NCBI GenBank assembly: GCA_038087875.1
Contig: CM075992.1
Coordinates: 1,304,001 to 1,368,000, forward strand
Length of the DNA stretch: 64,000 bases
DNA from: Malacoraja senta
Taxonomy: Eukaryota
Reading direction: 5' to 3'
Shown: in pieces, positions 50,198 to 63,959 of the stretch
Layout: the number at the start of each line of letters is the position of its first letter
Position numbering within the stretch: position 1 is the stretch's first letter
Position numbers and translations under genes: made by a program
Notes under the pieces: model-generated
The model's input: the letters and a program-made list of their open reading frames with translations, nothing else
Databases searched by the model: none
Told to the model about the DNA's origin: nothing

Positions 50198-53100
50198 AGA
50201 CAGGTTTGATGGGATATGGACCAAATGCAGGCAGGTGGGACTAGTGTAGCTGGGACATGTTGGCCGGTGTGGGCAGGTTGGGCCGAAGGGCCTGTTTCCA
50301 CGCTGTATCACTCTATGACAGGGCAACAAGGCTGAACATTTCCCGGTAAAGTCAACGAGATTGTCCAAGCAATTCAGTAAGATGTAGCGTTAAAACATGT
50401 CTTTGCACACAGCGGTAGAGTAGGCTGGAAAGGTGTCCAAAAAAAAAGTAATAGCTATTCTATAGTTGTATATTCAATTATCTAGTGATAAAGTGCGTAC
50501 AAGTGGAGAAATGTTCACAGCTAAAGAATTGTAGAAGAGCTATTAGCCACACACACTGGAATAAAGGTCTCAGCTAGGAGATCTGATTATTGGCAAAATG
50601 TTGACAAATGTTTGGAGAAATACCAGAGGGTATAGGTTTAGGATGACAGAGGGAAAATTTAACGGAGAGTTATGAGGCAGATTGTGTTGGAAGGAACTGC
50701 AGATGCTGGTTTAAATCGAAGATAGACTCGTCTGAAGAAGGGTCTCGACCTGAAACGTCACCCATTCCTTCTCTCCAGAGACGCTGCCTGTCCCGTTGAG
50801 TTACTCCAGCTTTTTGGGTCTATCTTCGTTCTGAGGCAGATGTTATACACAGAGTGTGGTACGTGACTGGAATACACTGCAAGAGGTAGAGATGGAATGC
50901 TCAAGAGCCATTTAGACAATCAACCGCTGGGAACAAAGCCTTCAACCATAATACCAATCAAATCTAATCCCAATTGCTCACACATGGCCTTTCTCTCGAA
51001 GGTAGACACAAAATGCTGGAGTAACTCAGCGGGACAGGCAGCATCTCTGGGGAGAAGGAATTGGTGACGTTTCGGGTCGAGACCCTTCTTCAGAGTGGTC
51101 TTTCTCTCTTCCGCCCAACTCCTTCTGCTCACCAAGGAATAAGGTCCTAGACTGCCCCAAATCTCCCTGTAGCTGCGGCCCTCGAGTCCTGGCTATTGCC
51201 AGGAAGGAGATGAGGAAGAATTTCTTTAGTCAGAGGGTGGTGAATCTGTGGAATTCATTGCCACAGTATCCTGGCTATTGCCAGGAAGGAGATGAGGAAG
51301 AATTTCTTTAGTCAGAGGGTGGTGAATCTGTGGAATTCATTGCCACAGTAGGCTGTGGAGGCCAAGTCAACTGATATTTTTAAGGCAGAGATAGATATAT
51401 TCTTGATTAGTGCGGGTGTCGGGGGTTATGGGGAGAAGGCAGGAGAATGGGGTTAGGAGGGAGAGATAGATCAGCCATAATTGAATGGTGGAATTGACTT
51501 GATGGGCCGAATGGTCTATTTCTGCAGCTATCACTTATGAACACCCTCGTAAATATTGCCCGCACCCATTCCTGCTAAATGGCATCTTTCCTCTTGCAGG
51601 GTGCCTGAAACCAACACAATACTCCAAGTGTGGCCTCACCAACATCTCGTACAATTGTAACATAACGTTTCACTGGCGCGCGATTCACAGATAATTGTTC
51701 CAAGAAGAACCAGGCTGCATTGCAGCTGTATCCAAGATGCCAATGGACTTCAGATTCATACATGTGCTAAAAAAAGCCTTCAAGATGCGAGTATTCCAAG
51801 GATCATGAATCATCGATGGACATAGAGTGCTGGAATAACTCAGCAGGTCAGGCAGCATCTTGGGAAAAATTGGATAGGTTATGTTTTGGGTTGGGATCCT
51901 TCTTCAGACTTCCAGACTAGAAACATCACCTATCCATTTTCTCCAGAGATGCTGCTTGACCCAGCATTTTGTGCCTAGCTTTAGTATAAACCAGCATCTG
52001 CAGTTCCTTTCTATTAACACAGCACGTGTGATCGGGTGACAATAAATGTTCAAGAAGGAACTGCAGATGCTGGAAAATCGAAGGACAATACATGATTACA
52101 ATCGAGCCATTCACAGTGTACAGATACACGATATGGAATGACATTTAGTGTAAGGTAAAGCCAGTAAAGTCTGATGAAGGATAGTCTGACGGTAGACAAA
52201 AAAGCTGGAGAAACTCAGCAGGTGAGGCAGCATCTATGGAGCGAAGGAAATAGGTGACGTTTCGGGTCGAGACCCTCCTTCAGACAATAAATGCAATTGA
52301 ACTTGATGCAGCGGCAGAGATCCAGGTACCATCCTGACTACAAGTGCTGTCTGTACGGAGTTTGTACGTTCTCCCCGTGACCGCGTGGGTTTTCGCCGGG
52401 TGCTCCAGTTTCCTCCCACATTCTAAAGACGTGCAGGTTTGTAGGTTAATTGGCTTCTAGTGTGTTGGATAGAACTAGTGTACTCGATCTCGAGTGTGAG
52501 ACTCCTGCATCCTGTTACCATTGGAAGCATAACTTTGTGGCACAGAGGTGCAGCGGTAGAGTTGCAGTCTCACAACGCCAGAGACCTGGGTTCGATCCTG
52601 ACTCATGGACTGCAGCATGGACTCGGTGGGCCGAAGGGCCTGTTTCCATACTGTATCTCTAAAACTTCAACACCATAAACCACAGTGCGCAGGAAGGAAC
52701 TGCAGATACTGGTTTAAACTGAAGACAGACACAAAAAAGCTGGAGTGACTCAGTGGGACAGGCAGCATCTCTGGAGAGAAGGAATGGGTGAGGCTTCATG
52801 TCTGAAGAAAGGTCTCGACTATTACCACTTTATCCCACTTTCTCATCCACTCCCTACACACTAGGGGCAAGTTTTCAGGAGCCAATTAACCTACAAGTCT
52901 GAAGAAGGTTCTCGACCTGAAATGCCACCTATTCCTTCTCTCCAGAGATGCTGTCTGACCCGCTGAGTTACTCCAGCTTTTTGTGTCTATCTTCATCATA
53001 AACCATAGATTGGCTAATTTCTTGTTTAGACAGCTTACTCTCTCTTTGATTTTACTCTGACAGGGCTGTGAATAACTCAGAAACTTATGTCCGGTTTTGA

Positions 53101-55689
53101 TCTTGGGACAAACAATTTTATCGGGGTGAGTGGAGATAGGCAAGTATTGAAGCAAAAGGAAGGTACACAAAAATGCTGGAGAAACTCAGCGGGTGCAGCA
53201 GCATCTATGGAGCGAAGGAAATGGGTAACGTTTCGGGCCGAAACCCTTCTTCAGACTGGCTAAAGGAAATGCTTCCAGGAAAAAAGCGAAAGAATTTTGA
53301 TTCAGTGAGACAGTTGGAGTTACCAGACAGACCATTGAGTAAGTACTAGACTCAGCAATAAGATGCAATTCAAATCTTTAGTCTAAAAAGGTAATCAGTT
53401 TGCATCGGAAATCGTGTTAGATATGTCCATGCACATCAGACGATCAGAACTGGAGTCACATCAGAAGGCACTGAAGTAACATATGATGAGTCAATTCGTA
53501 GCCTCGATGTAAAATCAGCCACTGTTCAAGCATGACAGAGCGGCAGTGAGCCAAGCGAAGAGGCCACAGGTTTCTCAGTCTCAGATCTGTTAGATGTAAC
53601 GGCCGGGCTGCGAGGTCAACCCTTCAGATGTAACCAGTCTCAGGCTGCAGTGGCTGGGTGAGCACAGGTCTTAGTTTCGTTTAGAGATACAGCTCAGAAA
53701 CAGGCCCCTCGGCCCCCCGAGTCCACACCAACCAGCGATCCCCGCACACTACCACTTCCCGACACATACTAGGGACAATTTTCACTTACACCAAGCCACT
53801 TAACCTCCGAACAATAGTCGATAGACAATAGGAGCAGGAGTAGGCCATTCGGCCCTTTGAGCCAGCACAGCCATTCAATGTGATCATCCCCAATCAGTAC
53901 CCCGTTCCTGCCTTCTCCCCATATCCCCTATCTTTGAGAGCCCTATCTAGCTCTCTCTTGAAAGCATCCAGAGAACCCGCCTCCACCGCCCTCTGAGGCA
54001 GAGAATTCCACAGACTCACCACTCTCTGTGAGGAAAAAGTGTTTCCTCGTCTCCGTTCTAAATGGCTTACCCCTTATACTTAAACTGTGTGGCCCCAGGT
54101 TCTGGACTCCCCCAACATCGGGAACATCGGAAACCCGCACGTCTTTGGAGTGTGGGAGGAAACCCGAAGATCTCGGAGAAAAACCCACGCAGGTCACGGG
54201 GAGAACGTGGAAACTCCGCACAGACAGCGCCCGTAGTCGGCATCGAACCTGGGTCTCCGGCGCTGTGACTCTGCCACTGTGTCACTGTGCCGCCTTTATT
54301 GTTGATAACCCGATCACAGGAAAAAGACTTGGTCTATCCAACTGGGGTAGACAAAAATGCTGGAGAAACTCGGCGGGTGAGGCAGCATCTATTGAGCGAA
54401 GGAACGGGTGACGTTTCCAAGTTCAAGTTCAAGTGAGTTTATTGTCATGTGTCCCTGATAGGACAATGAAATTCTTGCTTTGCTTCAGCACAACAGAACA
54501 TAGTAGGCATTGACTACAAAACAGATCAGTGTGTCCATATACCATAATATAAATATATACACACATGAATAAATAAACTGATCAAGTGCAAATCACAGAT
54601 AATGGGCTATTAATGTTCAGTGTTATGTCCGAGCCAAGTTTAATAGCCTGATGGCTGTGGGGAAGTAGCTATTCCTGAACCTGGTCGTTGCAGTCTTCAG
54701 GCTCCTGTACCTTCTACCTGAAGGTAGTGGGGAGATGAGTGTGTGGCCAGGATGGTGTGGGTCCTTGATGATACTGCCAGCCTTTTTGAGGCAGCGACTG
54801 CGATAGATCCCCTCGATGGAAGGGATAGAAGTCGAGACCCTTCTTCAGACCTATCCACGTTATCTGTGTCACTCGTTATTTTAGACACCCCATAAATCAA
54901 GTCTCTCCATAGCTTCCATCACCCCAAAGAACACAGACTCAGCCTCTACAATCTCTCCCATAAAGCCGGGAGATATTTCATTATTAAAGGTAAGGCTTAT
55001 GCAGGTTTCCATCCTGATCTTGTACCTCAACCACAACGTATAATCCTGATTAACAAATGCACTGCAGGCAACTCAGAAGGAACAAACTGTTCACAGTTGG
55101 GCTGGCTGCAGATTCCACACACGGATCACAAAGAAACAAAGGCACATCTCCTGGATGTTCCTCTGACGATGTACATGCTGATCACACACACACAGATAAA
55201 TCTTTCATAGCTTCTGGAGACAGAGAGCTTTGGGTTCCAGTCCAGGGACTTGGAGACAAAACTAGGCTTGTGCTTCCGTTCCATGCCAAGGGCCAAGATA
55301 CAATTAGAACATAGAACATAGAACAGAACAGGACAGTATAGGGCCCTTCGGCCCGCAATGTTTGATGCCAACAGGGACTGCAGATACTGGTTTAAACCGA
55401 AGGTAGATACAATAAAGCTGGAGTAACTCAGCGGGACAGACAGCATCTCTGGAGAGAAGGAATGGGCGATGTTTCGGGTCGAGACCCTTCCTTCTTCAGA
55501 CTCCAGAACTCCTGGCAGAGTCAGGAGGAGAACTTCTTCAAATTAGGTGTAATGCAATGGATTCTGAAGAAGGATCTCGACCCGAAACGTCACCTCTTCC
55601 TACTCTCCAGAGATGTTGCCTGACCCGCTGAGTCACTCCAGCATTTTGTGTCTGTCTATGATGCCAAGTTAAAACTGATCTCATCCAAA

Positions 55690-56490
55690 TTGACAATAGA
55701 CAATAGGTGCAGGAGTAGGCCATTTGGCCCTTTGAGCCAGCACCGCCATTCAATGTGATCATGGCTCGACATCCCCAATCAGTACCCCGTTCCTGCCTCC
55801 CCCCCGTATCCCTTGACTCCGCTATCTTTAAGAGCCCTATACATAGATACATAGAAAATAGGTGCAGGAGTAGGCCATTCGGCCCTTCGAGCCTGCACCG
55901 CCATTCAATATGATCATGGCTGATCATCCAACTCAGTATCCCGTACCTGCCTTCTCTCCATACCCCCTGATCCCTTTAGCCACAAGGGCCACATCTAACT
56001 CCCTCTTAAATATAGCTATCTCTTGAAAGCATCCAGAGAACCTGCCTCCACTGCCCTCTGAGGCAGAGAATTCCACAGGCTCACCACTCTCTGTGAGAAA
56101 AAGTGTTTCCTCGTCTCCGTTCTAAATGGCTTACCCCTTATTCTTAAACTGTGTGTGTGGCCCCTGGTTCTGGTCTCCCCCAACATCGGAAACATGTTTC
56201 CTGCCTCTAGCGTGTCCAAGCCCTTAACAATCTTAAATGTTTCAATGAGATCCCCTCTCATCCTTCTAAACTCCAGAGTGTACAAGCCCAGCTGCTCCAT
56301 TCTCTCAGCATATGACAGTCCCGCCATCCCGGGAATTAACCTTGTAAACCTACGCTGTGCTCCCTCAATAGCAAGAGTGTCCTTCCTCAAATTAGGGGAC
56401 CAAAACTGCACACAATACTCCAGGTGTGGTCTCACTAGGGCCCTGTACAACTGCAGAAGGACCTCTTTGCTCCTATACTCGATTCCTCTT
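55690..56490 (-). mobile_element. CR1 fragment with a nested younger CR1 3' piece (55841-56017)
   Basis: ORF 56016-56549; the nested piece is absent from the counterpart at 61090-61710. Confidence 0.9.
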
Positions 56491-57059
56491 GTTAGTTTTA
56501 GTTTTAGAGATACAGGCCCTTTGGCCCGCTGAGTCCATGCTACCAACAATCACCTGTACACTACTTCTATCCTGTACTCTAGGGCCAATTTACAGAAGCC
56601 AATTATCCTGCAAACCAACCGTCTAAAGTGCGAGATTTCTTTAGTCAGTGGGTGGTGAATCTGTGGAATTCATTGCCGCAGAAGGCTGTGGAGGCCAAGT
56701 CAGTAAATATATTTAAGGCGGAGATTGATAGATTCTTGATTAATACGGGTGTCAGGGGGTTGTGGGGAGAAGGCAGGAGAATGGGGTTTAGAGGGAGAGA
56801 TAGATCAGCCACGATTGAATGGCAGAGTAGACCTGATGGGCCGAATGGCCTAATTCCGCTCCTATGACTTATATGAACATGAAGCTATAAGACCCTTTCA
56901 TTCTGGGACTGTGGTTCCTGGTTTAGTTTTAGTTTAGAGATACAGCGCGGACACAGGCCCTTCAGCCCACCGAGTCCGTGCCAACCAGCGATCAGCCTAT
57001 CCTACACACTAGGGACAATTGGGGTTAGGAAGGAGATATAGATCAGCCATGAGTGGACT

Positions 57060-57493
57060 TGCAACCGCAAGAGATGCAACACTTGTCCCTTCACCTCCCC
57101 CCTCTACTCTATTCAAGGACCCAAGCAGTCGTTCCAGGTGCGACAGAGGTTCACCTGCATCTCCTCCAACCTCATCTATTGCATTCGCTGCTCTAGATGC
57201 CAGCTGATCTACATCGGTGAGACCAAGCGGAGGCTTGGCGATCGTTTCGCCGAACACCTCGGGTCGGTCCGGAATAACCTACCTGACCTCCCGGTGGCTC
57301 AGCACTTCAACTCCTCCTCCCATTCCGTATCTGACCTCTCTGTCCTGGGTCTCCTCCATGGCCACAGCGAGCAACACCGGAAATTGGAGGAAATGCACCT
57401 CATATTCCGCTTGGGCAGTCTACATCCTGGGGGCTTGAACATTGAATTCTCCCAACTCTGCTAGCCCTTGCTGTCCCCTCCCCTTCATCAGCC
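57060..57493 (+). mobile_element. Penelope-like element GIY-YIG endonuclease fragment (copy 1, cut by gap)
   Basis: CNRKRCNTC linker, NLIYCIRCSRCQLIYIGETKRRLGDRFAEH, VAQHFN, HPGGLN. Confidence 0.9.
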
Positions 57494-57693
57494 NNNNNNN
57501 NNNNNNNNNNNNNNNNNNNNNNNNNNNNNNNNNNNNNNNNNNNNNNNNNNNNNNNNNNNNNNNNNNNNNNNNNNNNNNNNNNNNNNNNNNNNNNNNNNNN
57601 NNNNNNNNNNNNNNNNNNNNNNNNNNNNNNNNNNNNNNNNNNNNNNNNNNNNNNNNNNNNNNNNNNNNNNNNNNNNNNNNNNNNNNNNNNNNN
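57494..57693. other. Assembly gap (200 N)
   Basis: Run of N. Confidence 1.
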
Positions 57694-60600
57694 ATTGAAC
57701 TTGATGCAGCGGCAGAGATCCAGGTACCATCCTGACTACAAGTGCTGTCTGTACGGAGTTTGTACGTTCTCCCCGTGACCGCGTGGGTTTTCGCCGGGTG
57801 CTCCAGTTTCCTCCCACATTCTAAAGACGTGCAGGTTTGTAGGTTAATTGGCTTCTAGTGTGTTGGATAGAACTAGTGTACTCGATCTCGAGTGTGAGAC
57901 TCCTGCATCCTGTTACCATTGGAAGCATAACTTTGTGGCACAGAGGTGCAGCGGTAGAGTTGCAGTCTCACAACGCCAGAGACCTGGGTTCGATCCTGAC
58001 TCATGGACTGCAGCATGGACTCGGTGGGCCGAAGGGCCTGTTTCCATACTGTATCTCTAAAACTTCAACACCATAAACCACAGTGTGTAGGAAGGAACTG
58101 CAGATACTGGTTTAAACTGAAGACAGACACAAAAAAGCTGGAGTGACTCAGCGGGACAGGCAGCATCTCTGGAGAGAAGGAATGGGTGAGGCTTCATGTC
58201 TGAAGAAAGGTCTCGACTATTACCACTTTATCCACTTTCTCATCCACTCCCTACACACTAGGGGCAAGTTTTCAGGAGCCAATTAACCTACAAGTCTGAA
58301 GAAGGTTCTCGACCTGAAATGCCACCTATACCTTCTCTCCAGAGATGCTGTCTGACCCGCTGAGTTACTCCAGCTTTTTGTGTCTATCTTCATCATAAAC
58401 CATAGATTGGCTAATTTCTTGTTTAGACAGCTTACTCTCTCTTTGATTTTACTCTGACAGGGCTGTGAATAGCTCAGAAACTGATGTCCGGTTTTGATCT
58501 TGGGACAAACAATTTTATCGGGGTGAGTAGAGATAGGCAAGTATTGAAGCAAAAGGAAGGTACACAAAAATGCTGGAGAAACTCAGCGGGTGCAGCAGCA
58601 TCTATGGAGCGAAGGAAATGGGTAACGTTTCGGGCCGAAACCCTTCTTCAGACTGGCTAAAGGAAATGCTTCCAGGAAAAAAGCGAAAGAATTTTGATTC
58701 AGTGAGACAGTTGGAGTTACCAGACAGACCATTGAGTAAGTACTAGACTCAGCAATAAGATGCAATTCAAATCTTTAGTCTAAAAAGGTAATCAGTTTGC
58801 ATCGGAAATCGTGTTAGATATGTCCATGCACATCAGACGATCAGAACTGGAGTCACATCAGAAGGCACTGAAGTAACATATGATGAGTCAATTCGTAGCC
58901 TCGATGTAAAATCAGCCACTGTTCAAGCATGACAGAGCGGCAGTGAGCCAAGCGAAGAGGCCACAGGTTTCTCAGTCTCAGATCTGTTAGATGTAACGGC
59001 CGGGCTGCGAGGTCAACCCTTCAGATGTAACCAGTCTCAGGCTGCAGTGGCTGGGTGAGCACAGGTCTTAGTTTCGTTTAGAGATACAGCTCAGAAACAG
59101 GCCCCTTCGGCCCCCCGAGTCCACACCGACCAGCGATCCCCGCACACTACCACTTCCCGACACACACTAGGGACAATTTACACTTACACCAAGCCACTTA
59201 ACCTCCAAACAATAGTCGATAGACAATAGGAGCAGGAGTAGGCCATTCGGCCCTTTGAGCCAGCACAGCCATTCAATGTGATCATCCCCAATCAGTACCC
59301 CGTTCCTGCCTTCTCCCCCATATCCCCTATCTTTGAGAGCCCTATCTAGCTCTCTCTTGAAAGCATCCAGAGAACCCGCCTCCACTGCCCTCTGAGGCAG
59401 AGAATTCCACAGACTCACCACTCTCTGTGAGGAAAAAGTGTTTCCTCGTCTCCGTTCTAAATGGCTTACCCCTTATACTTAAACTGTGTGGCCCCTGGTT
59501 CTGGACTCCCCCAACATCGGGAACATCGGAAACCCGCACGTCTTTGGAGTGTGGGAGGAAACCGAAGATCTCGGAGAAAAACCCACGCAGGTCCCGGGGA
59601 GAACGTGCAAACTCCGCACAGACAGCGCCCGTAGTCGGCATCGAACCTGGGTCTCCGGCGCTGTGACTCTGCCACTGTGTCACTGTGCCGCCTTTATTGT
59701 TGATAACCCGATCACAGGAAAAAGACTTGGTCTATCCAACTGGGGTAGACAAAAATGCTGGAGAAACTCGGCGGGTGAGGCAGCATCTATTGAGCGAAGG
59801 AACGGGTGACGTTTCCAAGTTCAAGTTCAAGTGAGTTTATTGTCATGTGTCCCTGATAGGACAATGAAATTCTTGCTTTGCTTCAGCACAACAGAACATA
59901 GTAGGCATTGACTACAAAACAGATCAGTGTGTCCATATACCATAATATAAATATATACACACATGAATAAATAAACTGATCAAGTGCAAATCACAGATAA
60001 TGGGCTATTAATGTTCAGAGTTTTGTCCGAGCCAAGTTTAATAGCCTGATGGCTGTGGGGAAGTAGCTATTCCTGAACCTGGTCGTTGCAGTCTTCAGGC
60101 TCCTGTACCTTCTACCTGAAGGTAGTAGGGAGATGAGTGTGTGGCCAGGATGGTGTGGGTCCTTGATGATACTGCCAGCCTTTTTGAGGCAGCGACTGCG
60201 ATAGATCCCCTCGATGGAAGGGATAGAAGTCGAGACCCTTCTTCAGACCTATCCACGTTATCTGTGTCACTCGTTATTTTAGACACCCCATAAATCAAGT
60301 CTCTCCATAGCTTCCATCACCCCAAAGAACACAGACTCAGCCTCTACAATCTCTCCCATAAAGCCGGGAGATATTTCATTATTAAAGGTAAAGCTTAAGC
60401 AGGATTCCATCCTGATCTTGTACCTCAACCACAACGTATAATCCTGATTAACAAATGCACTGCAGGCAACTCAGAAGGAACAAACTGTTCACAGTTGGGC
60501 TGGCTGCAGATTCCACACACGGATCACAAAGAAACAAAGGCACATCTCCTGGATGTTCCTCTGACGATGTACATGCTGATCACACACACACAGATAAATC

Positions 60601-62712
60601 TTTCATAGCTTCTGGAGACAGAGAGCTTTGGGTTCCAGTCCAGGGACTTGGAGACAAAAAACTAGGCTTGTGCTTCCGTTCCATGCCAAGGGCCAAGATA
60701 CAATTAGAACATAGAACATAGAACAGAACAGGACAGTATAGGGCCCTTCGGCCCGCAATGTTTGATGCCAACAGGGACTGCAGATACTGGTTTACACCGA
60801 CGGTAGATACAAAATGCTGGAGTAACTCAGCGGGACAGACAGCATCTCTGGAGAGAAGGAATGGGCGATGTTTCGGGTCGAGACCCTTCCTTCTTCAGAC
60901 TCCAGAACTTCTGGCAGAGTCAGGAGGAGAACTTCTTCAAATTAGGTGTAATGCAATGGATTCTGAAGAAGGATCTCGACCCGAAACGTCACCTCTTCCT
61001 ACTCTCCAGAGATGTTGCCTGACCCGCTGAGTCACTCCAGCATTTTGTGTCTGTCTATGATGCCAAGTTAAAACTGATCTCATCCAAATTGACAATAGAC
61101 AATAGGTGCAGGAGTAGGCCATTTGGCCCTTTGAGCCAGCACCGCCATTCAATGTGATCATGGCTGATCATCCCCAATCAGTACCCCGTTCCTGCCTTCT
61201 CCCCATATCCCCTGACTCCGCTATTTTTAAGAGCCCTATCTAGCTCTCTCTTGAAAGCATCCAGAGAACCTGCCTCCACCGCCCTCTGAGGCAGAGAATT
61301 CCACAGACTCACCACTCTCTGTGAGAAAAGGTGTTTCCTCGTCTCGTTCTAAGTGGCTTACTCCTTATTCTTAAACTGTGGCCCCTGGTTCTGGACTCCC
61401 CCAACATCGGGAACATGTTTCCTGCCTCTAGCGTGTCCAAGCCCTTAACAATCTTATATGTTTCAATGAGATCCCCTCTCATCCTTCTAAACTCCAGAGT
61501 GTACTAGCCCAGCTGCTCCATTCTCTCAGCATATGACAGTCCCGCCATCCCGGGAATCAACCTTGTAAACCTACGCTGCGCTCCCTCAATAGCAAGAATG
61601 TCCTTCCTCAAATTAGGGGACCAAAACTGCCCACAATACTCCAGGTGTGGTCTCACTAGGGCCCTGTACAACTGCAGAAGGACCTCTTTGCTCCTATACT
61701 CGATTCCTCTTGTTAGTTTTAGTTTTAGAGATACAGGCCCTTCGGCCCGCTGAGTCCATGCTACCAACAATCACCTGTACACTACTTCTATCCTGTACTC
61801 TAGGGCCAATTTACAGAAGCCAATTATCCTGCAAACCAACCGTCTAAAGTGCGAGATTTCTTTAGTCAGAGGGTGGTGAATTTTTGGAATTCATTGCCGC
61901 AGAAGGCTGTGGAGGCCGTCAGTGAATATATTTAAGGCAGAGATTGATAGATTCTTGATTAATACGGGTGTCACGGGGTTGTGGGGAGAAGGCAGGAGAA
62001 TGGGGTTAAGAGGGAGAGATAAATCAGCCATGATTGAATGGCGGAGTAGACCTGATGGGCCGAATGGCCTAATTCCGCTCCTATGACTTATATGAACATG
62101 AAGCTATAAGACCCTTTCATTCTGGGACTGTGGTTCCTGGTTTAGTTTTAGTTTAGAGATACAGCGCGGACACAGGCCCTTCAGCCCACCGAGTCCGTGC
62201 CAACCAGCGATCAGCCTATCCTACACACTAGGGACAATTGGGGTTAGGAAGGAGATATAGATCAGCCATGAGTGGACTTGCAACCGCAAGAGATGCAACA
62301 CTTGTCCCTTCACCTCCCCCCTCGATTCCATTCAAGGACCCAAGCAGTCGTTCCAGGTGCGACAGAGGTTCACCTGCATCTCCTCCAACCTCATCTATTG
62401 CATCTGCTGCTCTAGATGCCAGCTGATCTACATCGGTGAGACCAAGCGGAGGCTTGGCGATCGTTTCGCCGAACACCTCCGGTCGGTCCGCAATAACCTA
62501 CCTGACCTCCCGGTGGCTCAGCACTTCAACTCCCCCTCCCATTCCGTATCTGACCTCTCTGTCCTGGGTCTCCTCCATGGCCACAGCGAGCAACACCGGA
62601 AATTGGAGGAAATGCACCTCATATTCCGCTTGGGCAGTCTACATCCTGGGGGCTTGAACATTGAATTCTCCCAACTCTGCTAGCCCTTGCTGTCCCCTCC
62701 CCTTCATCAGCC
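57694..62712 (+). repeat. Copy 2 of the ~5-kb direct duplication
   Basis: Begins at the gap edge with attgaacttgatgcagcggc, the same as 52296. Confidence 0.97.
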
Positions 62713-62887
62713 CTCTGGTTGTCTCCTCCCCTCCCCCAGCCCTCGGGCTCCTCCTCCGCCTTTTTCCCTTTCTTCTCCCCACCCCCTATCAGTGTGAAGA
62801 AGGGTTTCGGCCCGAAACGTTGCCTATTTCCTTCGCTCCATAGATGCTGCTGCACCCGCTGAGTTTCTCCAGCATTTTTGTGTACCA
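62279..62887 (+). mobile_element. Penelope-like (Neptune-type) 3' fragment: GIY-YIG domain plus 3' UTR with hammerhead motif
   Basis: Open frame 62279-62683 with Cys-rich linker and IY...YIG motif; hammerhead-like core at 62794-62821 (first C changed to G); gagtggac on both flanks. Confidence 0.9.
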
Positions 62888-63633
62888 GCAGAGTGGACGT
62901 GATGGGCCGAATGGCCTAATTTTACTCCTATTCCTTATGACCTTATGATGTCTTTGGAGTGTGGGACGAGACCGAGGCACCCGGAGAAAACCCACAGGGA
63001 GAGCGTGCAAACTCCGTACAGACAGCACCCGTGGTCAGGATCGAACTGGTGCTGTGAGGCAGCAACTCTACCAGGGGAAAAGACTGTCCCTTTATCCAGC
63101 CCGTCGAGCCCTCTAAAGTACATGGTACATCTCAATTACAGCAATGAGTACACTTCAACAAATGTTTCATTGACTGGAGAAGTACTTTGGGACATTGTTA
63201 CAGGCACTAAATAAAAGCAAGGTGGGTGAAGATGAAAATCTAGCCCCGTGGTCTCTTCAAGCAGGGCTGTCAAGCACGGTTAAGGAGCGCATAAAACACC
63301 CTGGCCATGCAAACTGGTGCAGATTTTTATCGACCACTTTCGCATTATGGCTCAGGCTTGCGATCAGTGTATTAATTATGTATCTTAAAATGATGGAGGA
63401 GCAGCTGTGGGTTTGGTAGCAGGTTATAAATAGTGGCTGGGTTCCAGCCAGGAGCTCCTTGGACCGGGCAAGATGAAGAGGCTGTGAGGAATGCAACGGT
63501 TTCTCTCCTTATGTTCTCACCCTGCGGTGACAATGTCCAATTCAGACTTAGTGCCGAGGTACAGTGAAAAGCTTTTGTTGCGTGCTAGCCAGTCAGCGGA
63601 ATGACAATAGGTGATTACAGTGTATAGATACAT

Positions 63634-63843
63634 GTGGAATTCTCTGCCACAGAAGGTAGTTGAGGCCAGTTCATTGGCTATATTTAAGAGGGAGTTAGAT
63701 GTGGCTAAAGGGATCAGGGGGGTATGGAGAGAAGGCAGGTACAGGATACTGAGTTGGATGATCAGCCATGATCATATTGAATGGCGGTGCAGGCTCGAAG
63801 GGCCGAATGGCCTACTCCTGCACCTATTTTCTATGTCTCTATG
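63634..63843 (+). mobile_element. CR1 3' fragment, young subfamily
   Basis: WNSLPQKVVEASSLAIFKRELDVA plus tail. Confidence 0.88.
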
Positions 63844-63959
63844 ATAAAGGGGATAATGGGTAGGAAAGAACTGCAGATGCTGGTTTAAATCGAAGATAGA
63901 AACAAAATGCTGGAGTAACTCAGCGGGACAGGCAGCATCTCCGGAGAGAAGGAATGGGT

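Larger units (their letters stand above)
52296..57493 (+). repeat. Copy 1 of a ~5-kb direct duplication
   Basis: Collinear with 57694-62712; ends exactly at the gap edge. Confidence 0.97.

Noticed and set aside
51188..51350. ~81-bp tandem duplication at a CR1 junction
   Set aside because: Ordinary local duplication with no further structure.
57442..57817. ORFs containing X runs
   Set aside because: They span the N gap.
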